Shown piece after piece: positions 14,121 through 64,000 of a stretch of DNA of 64,000 nt (the stretch's first letter is position 1; each line of letters starts with the position of its first letter). The notes under the pieces are model-generated. The model saw nothing but the letters and a program-made list of their open reading frames with translations. It had not been told where the DNA came from and ran no database searches. This DNA comes from Eledone cirrhosa (lineage: Eukaryota). Both the position numbers and the translations under genes were made by a program. The stretch lies in NCBI GenBank assembly GCA_964016885.1, contig OZ024757.1, positions 42,098,001 through 42,162,000 on the forward strand. The letters run 5' to 3'.

Positions 14121-16824
14121 TATACACACACATATATATATATATATATTCAAAATAGGGAGCACAGAGGACAAAGACAATGGAAAAAACAACAACGGAA
14201 AGACAGTCAGTCTCATCTCCTCAATCAACCTCTGGAACTCACTATATATATATCACCATTATCATCATCATTTAACGTCCATATTCCATGCTAGCATGGG
14301 CTATACGGGTTGTCCCATTAGAGGCAGGTGACCATGTCTTGCTCATGTAGAACTATATAGGCAGAGTCCTGACTCTTTTCCTATTACCCATAGTATAGAG
14401 TGCTCTGGTGCATTATGGTCCACCTGGTTCCTTACCACACTTCCTCATATATATATATTAGAGAGAGAGCTGTATACTTCTAGAGATAGCATTAAAGTTA
14501 GATAGACAGGTGTAGACGTATATGAAGAGAAGACAGACAGATAGATGGGGGTACAACTATACAATGCACTTGGTAGACTGCATGAAGTAGGTGGCATTCA
14601 ACCAGTAAGAACCTAGGGAAGGGAGAGGGCCCTTAAGTCAATGACCTGACAATCTCACTAGTACAGTTGACCTGAAGGAAAACAGTTATATTTTATTATA
14701 ACTGATACAACTACATTCCAATTGGTAAATTATATCCTCTAGTAAATTATATGCTCTGGTTTATAATGATTTCTTTATAAATTGTTTATATTTACAAAAG
14801 AGAGAGATAAAATAATTGTTTCTACTTTAGGCACAAGCCCAGCAATTTTAGGAGAGAAGTCAATTAAATTGACTCCAGTTCATTACTGGTACTTCGGCCC
14901 AGTAAGGATGAAAGGCAAAGTTAACAATAGCAGGATAGAGGATAGATGAAATAATTGTTTCTACTTTAGGGCACAAAGCCAGCAATTTTGGGGGAGGGGA
15001 GAAAGTTGATTAAATTGACTCCAGTGCATTACTGGTACTTTATTTTATTGACCCTAAGAATGAAATGCCAAGTTAACCTCGGCGGGATAGATGAAATAAA
15101 TTAGCCACATGAATGAATGACAAAATAATTAGAAAAACGCTACAAATATTTAAAAGAGGAAGACAAGGGCTCTAGGGTGACCAGTGACTCAAAAGCCTGG
15201 AATATTCAAGTGATCTACATGTACCTGTAAGGTTGTAGAAGAGTTTATCCAGTGGCCTAGGGTCTGTTAGTATCTAAATCGCCTGATACAGCTCACTTCA
15301 CTCAACATTTTTACCTTTGTCTACAGTCTGCCTCAAGCCCATTGATTATCCCAATTTCCTTGCTATTAAATGACTAAGATTACAAGACTTCCCCTGGACA
15401 GGATGCTAGTCCATCACAGAGTTAACTCTTTAGCATTTAAACTGGCTGTATCCAGCCAGAATTCTCTCAGCTCTTATGTTGAGGTATGATCTAGCCATAC
15501 TCATCACATTTGACCAATAACAGGTTGGTCAGGCTAGCTAACCCATAGTTAGGGCTATACTAGGTCTTCAAGATAATACTTTACCTTCTGGCCATAATAT
15601 ATAGCAAAGATGAAGTTTGTCTATCAGTAACTAGAAAATATTCTACCATCTTAAACATTTACATTACACTCATCACCATCATCGTTTAACGTCCATCTTC
15701 CACGCTAGCATAGATGGGAGTTGTCCCACTTGAGGCAAGGTTGGTCGGGTGACCGTGTCTCGCTCATATAGGACTATCTGGCAGGTTTTCTATGGCTGGA
15801 TGCCCTTCCTAACACCAACCACATCTACAGTGTGGAACTGGGAACTTTTTACCGTGTTACCTACACGGCCACATTACAGCATGGATATCTTACATAATAT
15901 TGAACCTATGAGATTTGATGTTATTTATTTTGAAAACAATACCTTAACATCAGTATGAGTGGCTGGTTTGAACAGAAAGGTGAGAGAATTTTGGCTCTGC
16001 CCTTAGTTTTATAATACAAAACAGTTTTCAATATTCATCTACAAACCTTCAATCATAATCTTTATTTAAGAACCATTAATCTATGTTTCAAAACACTGAA
16101 TAATGAGAATGTTACGTTACTAAATCTTTCCAAATTTTTGAATATTTTCAAATATATATAAAAATCATAGGTAGTGCCTTTCATCAGAAATATGGTTGCA
16201 AGAATGACCACTCACACTTATGTTAAGGAATTGTTCTTAAAACAAAAAACATCAAAATCTTGTAGATTTGATATTATGTGAAATAAAGTGTTTACCGTGA
16301 AAATACAATAGTATATTTAGAGTAATGTAAATGTTAAAGGGTTAAACCAGGAAATGGTTTATACCTATCAACCACAGGATTTACCTCACATAATATCAAA
16401 TCTATGAAATTCTGATATTATTTATTTTAAGAACAATACCTTAACATAAGTATGAGAGGCCAAATAAAGGTAGTTTGAACAGAAAGAGGCTAGAGAATAC
16501 TGGCCAGATATGGCCGGTTTAAATGTTAATGGGGTAAGTTACAATTTTAGTAAATCAAAAATTCTTCATTAATTGACATAAAGTGTATTTCATTAGAAAT
16601 CCACTCACAAAATGGTTATTATCTGTCATTAGTATTGTTAGTAACAGTAGTATTTTGGTTTATGTTAAATCCGACAAACATTTAGTTCCCTTGACTAAAC
16701 GTGATCAACCTCAGTATAGAGCCAACAGAATTAACCCCAGTGTATTACTGGTAAATTATATGCCACAAAATGTTAAGAGAACCCCACCTCCAAATGAAAG
16801 TATATATATATATATATATATACG

Positions 16825-17002
16825 TAGTAGAGGTAGACCACGAAAACCATGGGCGGAGGTGGTGAGAGCAAACCTCAGATCGCTGAAGCTCATGGAGGAG
16901 ATGACGAAGGACCATGACAAGTGGAGAGATGCTGTGCTGAATAGGATCTGTCCCACCCTTGCAAGCAGGGAAAAGCAGACGTAAAATGATGATGATGATG
17001 AT
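16825..17002 (+). mobile_element. RTE-clade LINE 3' end
   Basis: [11 protein letters not shown]...D..KWR plus ggacgtaaaa(tga)n-type tail. Second copy at 31095-31335; bare tails near 8362, 18028, 34497 and 44115. Confidence 0.8.
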
Positions 17003-17254
17003 ACACACACACAAATATTACCCTTGAAATACTTCTTCAATATATCAACAGCATCAAATACTATATACTGCCTTGATTTGTGGTCTTCTCGGTCTTTGCG
17101 CTGCTGACCCTTCACACATATACATAAACACACACACATATATATACATACATACATACACAAACACAGTGTGTGATATACCATGTAAAAGAAGGTAGAG
17201 GAGAATATGATATAATGTGTGTAGAGTAGAATGGGGTAAGTGGCGTGATGAATA

Positions 17255-17307
17255 CACACACACACACACACACAGAGCACAATAGGTAATGTAATAGAGT
17301 GTATATA

Positions 17308-17348
<41 letters not shown>

Positions 17349-17493
17349 ATATATATATGTATATATATATGTGTATATATATGTGTATATATGTATATAT
17401 ATAGATGTGTATATATATATATATGTGTATATATATATATGTATATATATATATATACAGATGTGTATATATATATATATGTGTATATATATG

Positions 17494-17533
<40 letters not shown>

Positions 17534-17545
17534 CATATATATATG

Positions 17546-17617
<72 letters not shown>

Positions 17618-17726
17618 CATATATATATACATATATATATACATATATATATGTATACATATATATATGTATATATACATATATATATGTATATATATAT
17701 ATACATATATATGTATATATATATAC

Positions 17727-17766
<40 letters not shown>

Positions 17767-17851
17767 ATATATATAGATATATATACACATATGTATATAT
17801 ATATACATATATATACACATATGTATATATATATAGATATATATACACATG

Positions 17852-17885
<34 letters not shown>

Positions 17886-18008
17886 TATGTATGTATATAT
17901 ATATATATATATATACACACGTGTATATGTATATATATATATATATATACACATATGTGTATATATATACACAAATATGTACATATGTGTATATATATAT
18001 ATATATAA
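17255..18008. repeat. long imperfect (TA)n/(TATG) microsatellite
   Basis: Seen directly. Confidence 0.98.
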
Positions 18009-18300
18009 TGATGATATCACACACCATTGCAAGCAGGGAAAGGCAGATGTAAAATGAGGATGATGGTGATGATGATATATATATATATAGGCACACAGAG
18101 CACAATATATGTAAAAGAGTTTATGTGTGTGTGTGTGTTATATAGTACATGTGTATAATGCAATGGTGTGTATGTATATATGTATGTGTTGTATTCTCAG
18201 CTACACTATTACAACACTGTGACATATAACAATGGAGAGAGAGACATCATATTTTGTTGAAAAGATGGCAGAGAGATTTAGTAAGACAATGGTGCATACA

Positions 18301-18306
18301 TTTATT
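18301..18306 (-). terminator. candidate polyadenylation signal AATAAA for PHIP/BRWD
   Basis: tttatt on + strand about 365 nt past the stop, after a U-rich UTR segment. Confidence 0.35.
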
Positions 18307-18669
18307 ACACTTGGATTTCAGAAGCTTCTGTTGAGGTTTTTTAACAAATTATATTGTTTGTTTGTTTCTTTCTTTCTTTTGCTTTTTTCTTTCTTTTTGT
18401 CAGCCCGTATTTAGGACAAAAGGAAGGGAGGAAAGTTGAAAAAAAAAAAAATAATAAAAAATAAATAAATGGGGGGAATGAAAAGAAAAAATAGAAAGAA
18501 AAAAATTTATTTCCTTCTTAAAAAAAAAAAAACACTTTCAAGCTGTTTGAAAAAAAAAAAAATAAAATAAAAATAAAATAACCTTGATGGGAAAAAAAAT
18601 ATATGTTTATATAAATAAAATTAAAAAAAAAAAAAAAAAAAAAAAACTCCATTTTTTTTTTGTGTGTGT

Positions 18670-57336
<38,667 letters not shown>

Positions 57337-57740
57337 ATTCAGATTCTATATGTTTGCATGCCTTACTAGTTGTACGCTGTAGTATTAAGAATTAGTGAAC
57401 TAGCCATAGCCATATTTTATGGTGTAGTCATTGAGCGAACAACGACATTCGCCGCCCGAACTATTTACATGCGTACTAATATATCCCCACAGCGCAGCTT
57501 GCTTGTTTTTCTTTCTTTTTTTTACATCACTTACATATATGTTGTTGTTGTTTTTGCTACTTCCGCACTATATTTTCAATTTGCTTTTTCCTAAACTACA
57601 TCAATCTGATAATTACTTGATTCTTTAACGCATTTTATCCCTTTTGTGTTCTTATTAAATTAATTTCATACTTAGATTTTATCTTTAACCTTTATTTCTA
57701 TGCTACATCTAGAAGGGACTATTTTTTCTCTTTTATTCAG
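57337..57740. promoter_or_regulatory. 5'UTR and probable bidirectional promoter
   Basis: Local CpG enrichment (gcgaac, cgccgcccg, gcgc), YY1-like AAATATGGC on the minus strand near 57410, and a + strand exon-like segment right after. Confidence 0.5.
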
Positions 57741-57780
57741 ATCGCTGGATAAGTGTGCGCGCGATGGTGGTAGAGGGGAG
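57741..57780 (+). other. candidate exon of a divergent gene
   Basis: Pyrimidine tract plus ttcag before, GAG|gtaagc after; a second donor gg|gtgagt at 57875. Confidence 0.4.
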
Positions 57781-59634
57781 GTAAGCTTTAACGTTAATGG
57801 CTGCTAAGTCAGTTTAGCAACGTCATCATAAAGAATAGCCACAGCCCCCGATGTCGTTCGCCTAGAACGAACGGGTGAGTACAGATATAAAAGCGATGAG
57901 CACAATTTATTTTATTTTTATATTATTAAATTAAAGGAGAGGGATTGATTTGGTTTTTTCTTTTTATATAATAAAACATTTTTTTTTTGTTTAAATTAAA
58001 GATGTGTTTTTAAAAAGGAACCGAAACGAAGTAATTAACACTGACAAGTAAAACGAAATGTCGTTTGTAACTTGAAACCTGAGATGTGACGTCTTAACTA
58101 ACTCAGGTCATAGAAAGTTGATGGTTTAAATAATTTATTTTTGTTTCTTATTCTTAATAGAAACAATAATTATAATTTTAAAAATCGAAGTAATTATAGA
58201 AATAATAGCTCTTAAATGTAGATGTTTCTTGTTTCATGGCGGATACCGCCAAACATGAGAGAGAGAGAGAGGGGGAAATGTGATGTTGGGTCGTTCATTA
58301 TTTTCTGAAGGGCTGGCGGGGAATTATTAGTAATATGAAAGAAAAAATGAAATGATTACAACTTCAGAGTTGAATAAAAACAACTGATCATCGGTTTGCT
58401 AATGTCTTTCGCCAGCAGACTGCCTTTTTTCTCTTCAGTAATGATAATAGCTATCATGATTATGGCGTGTGTAAGGACATGTGTAAAGCAAGCATCAGCC
58501 TGTGTTTATGACTTAAACAGAACTGCTATACTGAACTAAATGTTGGGATATATTATTATACTACTAACTAGATTATCTTCAAAACCAACTAAGCTAACAG
58601 ATGGCATGTTCATTTCTTCAGCAGTACCATTCTTTATTATTTTAATTCTTTTCTTTTTTTAATAATTTCAATTATTCAACTTCGTTTTTCGTTCTCTATC
58701 TATTTTTATAGTTACTTACTTATATATAGTATCTAAAGCTGAAATTGATTTCCTTGTCCTTTTGTTTTTCTTAATTATTTAAAAATAAACATAATTTTCT
58801 TTCGTTTCGTTATTTTTATAGCAACCCACATAATTTATCATCTGTACATATTACATACTGGTATAAGAATCATTATTATGATTATATGTAGGAGTGTCAC
58901 AGGATCTATCTATCTATCTATCTATCTATCTATATTTATTTTTTATGTAGTACTGTACTGGTATCATAGTGTTGGATATTTAATTTAGTATATAGGTATA
59001 TATATATATATACACACATACACATAAAATTAATATAGAAATATATTAATATAGAATGGCTTTTACAGGACTAGAACTGTTTCATTCGGAGGAAATCATG
59101 AGAATGAAACAGTTATAGTCCTGTAGAAACCATTTTTATATTAAATTTGTTGTATATATATACACTCTAATACTAATGTATTGAGTACCTTACTGTGGTT
59201 ACCTCGATTGAACCTGGGACTCACCCTCCCCCAATATATATATAGTATTTAAAAGATTCAAGCATCAATTGACTGGTCAGACAGTGCAGTGTAGGTTGAG
59301 TGTGAATATAATCTGAGAAGAAAGATGAAAGTGACTTCGAAGTTCCAGCTTGTTCGGCAGATGACGTGAACAAAATATAGATTATAAATAAATTTATATA
59401 CAGAATATATGTAGAGTACACTCACACACACACACATATGTATATATTTTTTTCCGCTCCTTTTCTCACTCTATTTCATCTTGTATTTCTCATTCTATCT
59501 TCTGATGAAGGACCAATCTCCAAAACGTCGAAACTCTTTTCCTATTATATCAAGGATTAAACTAATATATATTTCTTCATTGTACTGTGTCATTTGATTT
59601 TCACTTCTGTTTATATATATATATATATATATAT

Positions 59635-60210
59635 ATGGTGGCTGCCAACTCGTTTTCGAGTACGGCCACTACTTTATATCCATGTAGGAGTACCCCTACT
59701 GATGCGCTGAACGAGTGTGACTTTTTAGTCCAGCCAGCGACTTGAAAACTCTGGTACAAACACTACACTTGTGACAATTACTGACACATAGTGCTGGGCC
59801 CATGGTACCATGTGATGACAAGTGCAGAGAGATCTCCAGATATAAAGCAATGCCTGTGCCGTGAAGCTTTTATAGTGAGCAAAGGCACTGCACAAAGCCA
59901 GTCCCACTCTCTTAACCAAGATGATATTTACCAAAAAGAAGAACAAGTCAACATCATTGGATACCATCAGGGTTGCAGGTGCTATATCAGAGTTTTCCTT
60001 CTAGAATTCTGCCCCGACAAAGGCTAAGGGGTCATCTCTCTCGGTGATTTTGGATGGCCATTGATTCTTAAGAGCTCCTTTGCCCTTTGACAGGTTTTGT
60101 TTTTAGTCCTGCAGGATGTCCAAAGTCACCCTCCTCACCAAGAAACATTGGTGGGGTTGCCAGTTTAGTTGCCAACGACCCGACCATGAGACAGGTTGTA
60201 CTGGGATACA
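59635..60210 (-). mobile_element. probable retroelement-derived segment (possibly a LINE 5' region)
   Basis: Higher-GC unique block bounded by TA runs; no recognisable protein motif. Confidence 0.3.
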
Positions 60211-60535
60211 TATATTCACATATGATATCTATTTATAGGACATATATATATGATGTATGCATATGATAGAAAGATATACATAGGATATGTGTGTGTATGT
60301 ATATGTATATATATGTGTATATATATATATATGTATGTGTGTGTATATATATATACATATATATGTGTATATATATATATATATATATGTTAGGTAATTC
60401 CGAAGGAAAAGCAAAGGAAATAAGAGTGCTCTATGTATAGAACAGAGCTATCTAATTAGAAAGTGAACAACACAAAATATAACTACTGCATTACCAAAGG
60501 ATCTAGTAGTTATATTTTGTGTTGTTCACTTTCCA

Positions 60536-60568
<33 letters not shown>

Positions 60569-60934
60569 GCTAGCAAGAGTTGGATATATCTTTGTGGACC
60601 AACCAGTATTCAAAGTTGTGACCTCTAAAGTGGGCTAGGGGACCCGATATGTCGTCCCACACTCTACCGAGTGCATTTTATTGTAGTTCTGACACTAAGG
60701 AAATTGTCATGTCCATGACACAGCTGAAGATTCTTCCTGACCCTGTATTTGGCTGGTTTTCTATGGCTGGGTGCCCTTTCTTTCACCAACCTCTTGACAG
60801 ACTCTGTGTACTGACTGAACCTTTATGATATAGATCACCAGCATCAGGAAGGTTGTCACATCCAGCTGAAGAGTCATGTTGACCCTTTATTTTCTATGGT
60901 TAGATGCCCTTCCTATCACCAACCACTTTACAGA

Positions 60935-60980
<46 letters not shown>

Positions 60981-61127
60981 GCGTGTGAGAGTCCTGGGTT
61001 CATTTCGGAGTAACCACAGTGGTAGAGTGTAAACATGTTTAATACAGAAATGGATTCTACAGGACTAGGACTGTTTCAGTCAAAAGAAATCATGATGACT
61101 TCTTTTGAATGAAACAGTTCTATCTTT

Positions 61128-61752
61128 TGTCTGTCTGTCTGTCTATCTATCTCTAATATCTCTATATTTATATATATGTCTAATTATCTATCTATCTATC
61201 TATCATCTATCTATCTCTCTATCTACCTATCTATCTATCTATCTACCTGTCTATCTCTCTATCTATCTACCTGTCTATCTATCATCTATCTATCTATCAT
61301 CTATCTATCTCTCTATCTATCTACCTGTCTATCTATCATCTATCTATCTACCTGTCTATCTCTCTATCTATCTACCTGTCTATCTATCATCTATCTATCT
61401 ACCTGTCTATCTCTCTATCTATCTACCTGTCTATCTATCATCTATCTATCTACCTGTCTATCTCTCTATCTATCTACCTGTCTATCTATCATCTATCTAT
61501 CTATCATCTATCTATCTCTCTATCTACCTATCTATCTACCTGTCTATCTCTCTATCTATCTACCTGTCTATCTATCATCTATCTATCTACCTGTCTATCT
61601 ATCATCTATCTATCTACCTGTCTATCTCTCTATCTATCTACCTGTCTATCTATCATCTATCTATCTACCTGTCTATCTCTCTATCTATCTACCTGTCTAT
61701 CTATCATCTATCTATCTACCTGTCTATCTCTCTATCTATCTACCTGTCTATC

Positions 61753-61786
<34 letters not shown>

Positions 61787-62620
61787 GATCAAGCCGCCTC
61801 CCCCCTTCAAAGATGAAGCAGAGGCGGTGTTTCTGTGCGTAATAGCCATGGCGAAAGAGGTTGTATGGTGGACGCGTCTGAAAGGACTGAGGTCAGGCAC
61901 CTTTCTCTCTGGCCAACAACTGGTCCATTTCTTCCGATATCATTTCGGAAGAAGGATCAGGATGGAGAGAGAGGTGCTGCACCCCAGCCGTTTCTATGAA
62001 AGGTGGGTGAAAGTGGCGAGAATGGCCTGTGTGAATGGGCCTTCACTCTACATCAGACTATAGGTGAGGAAGATGAAAGACCAAGGGAGCACCCCTTCTC
62101 TGTGCTCCTGAGGAGAAGGGTTGCACACTTTTTTCGGGGGTGTGTGCGACCCCCCAAGGCGTTATAAATTTTATTTTTTGTTATATCTTATTTTATTTTT
62201 ATATTTTGTTATTGCCTCCTCCTTATTGAGGACGCCTTTTTGTGTAAACTCCCCCCTTTGTACTTGTCCCACTTTTGATGCCCTAGTGGCAAATAAAAGA
62301 AACATATCTATCTATCTGTCTACCTATCTATCTCTCTATCTATCTACCTGTCCTATCTATCATCTATCTACTCTACCTATCTATCTCTCTATCTATCTAC
62401 CTGTCTATCTATCATCTATCTATCTACCTGTCTATCTCTCTCTCTATCTATCATCTATCTACTCTCTATCTACTGTCTATCTATCTCTCTATCTACCTGT
62501 CTATCTATCTACCTGTCTATCGATCATCTATCTATCTCTCTATCTATTTCCCTGTCTATCTATCATCTATCTACCTATCTCTCTATCTATCATCTATCTA
62601 TCTATCTATCATCTATCTCT
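61128..62620. repeat. (ATCT)n compound microsatellite, interrupted by a LINE end
   Basis: Seen directly on both sides of 61787-62304. Confidence 0.95.
61787..62304 (+). mobile_element. 5'-truncated Tx1/L1-like LINE 3' end
   Basis: Open frame VFLCVIAMAKEVVWWTR...FRYHF..RIRME..F.ERW to stop 62063, 3'UTR, AATAAA at 62292. Confidence 0.72.
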
Positions 62621-62852
62621 CTGGTTCTTATATTTTCCCCTCCTCTCTTCTCTAGTTGAAGACAATGTATGTCAACTGCAGTCAGTCTAAAACTGACGTG
62701 TGTTATATATATTTACTTTATCTACCATACTGTCTCAACATCTCTCTCTCTCTCACACACACACAGTCTAAACATAGTACTCCCCCCCCCCCCCCATATA
62801 TATATACAATCTCTCTATGTCTTGCACCCGCGATCTTCTTGTTCTGTTATAA

Positions 62853-62889
<37 letters not shown>

Positions 62890-62891
<2 letters not shown>

Positions 62892-63025
62892 ATTCCCATC
62901 GACTCGCTTCACTAAAAATATTTCTCTCTTCAAATTCCCACCAAAACTAAACCACCGAATGTGATTTACCGAAATAATCGATATTTCCTCGCATAACAAA
63001 CAGTTGTGACATTCTCTGGAACAAA
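62890..63025 (+). other. candidate non-coding (5'UTR) exon
   Basis: (CT)n-cag acceptor, CpG-containing unique sequence, aa|gtaagt donor. Confidence 0.4.
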
Positions 63026-63080
63026 GTAAGTAGTACTTGCTTTACCATTATTAATAACTGCCCATCTCTCTATCTATATG

Positions 63081-63161
<81 letters not shown>

Positions 63162-64000
63162 ATATATACACACACATAAATATATATGTACATATTATAT
63201 ATATATATTTGAGTCCCGGGTTCAATCGGGGTTAACCACAGTAAGTAAGGTACTCAATACATTAGTAGAATGTAAACATCATGTTTAATATAGAAATAAA
63301 CTGTTTCATTCAAAAGAAATCATCACGTAGAAGCCATTTCTATAAACATGATGTTTGTATATATATATATATATAGTATATATATATATACAAATAAAAT
63401 TATCGAGAGAATCGCAACTTCGGCCCACGAAATAACGAAAAACAATCTCCGAGATGTGTGGCAAAGTGCTCAATGGTTCGGGTGAACCAGAGCTATAACT
63501 AACGTTTATATATATAACTAACGTTTATATATATATATAATTCAGTTCGGATCTAGCTGTTGAAACGACAGGAGCTCAGCCGTTGGTGCCCCGAATTTTT
63601 CATATATATATAATTTCTATCTATCTTTTTGCATGTTTATCTATATATCTATCTACCTATCTAACTTCCGATCTCTCTATCTGATTGTTTATTTAGTCTG
63701 TTTGTTTACTCTATCTCTCCTCATTTCTTTAACTACTCCGAGAGATCGAACGATCGAATCATAACGTGGATGTGTGTCTATCTACCCAAGGTATAAGATA
63801 ACGAACACAACCTTCGTTTCTTTTCAATATTTTGGGGGCAATGGGGTGTATTTTCTTGGAGTGGAGGGTAGGTGTGTTGTGACGTGTCATGTTGCTACTA
63901 TGATAGATTCAATAATGTTTGCTTGTTAATGTCGTCTATATATATATATATTATATTATATATTCTACTGTGTTTACTGTAATATTAACACACAACCATT

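Noticed and set aside
16756-18105. Long YI-repeat ORFs
   Set aside because: Translations of the (TA)n microsatellite

Overview
AT-rich, repeat-dense animal genomic DNA. The SINE/LINE/MITE and microsatellite content suggests an octopus or other cephalopod (inference). The window holds one complete multi-exon gene on the minus strand, a PHIP/BRWD1/BRWD3-family (DCAF) chromatin reader with WD40 repeats, a cryptic tandem Tudor-like region and two bromodomains. I traced 35 coding exons by hand from ATG 57336 to TAA 18670. All have GT-AG junctions and consistent phase (CDS about 5796 nt, about 1931 aa). The rest consists of a decayed CR1 LINE and its 3' tails, a deleted DD37D maT transposon, about 17 TTAA-flanked piggyBac-type MITEs, SINEs, RTE and Tx1-like LINE ends, Penelope-type remnants with hammerhead-like motifs, and large minisatellites. 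Most notable observations: (1) a 33-bp minisatellite that amplifies the 3' splice site of exon 34 about 63 times, with every upstream copy leading to a stop; (2) a candidate poison acceptor in intron 3; (3) a hammerhead-like fold in a palindromic repeat; (4) a Tx1-like LINE end embedded in (ATCT)n; (5) a canonical Asn in bromodomain 2; (6) a probable head-to-head neighbouring gene. Most long ORFs in the supplied track are repeat artefacts.
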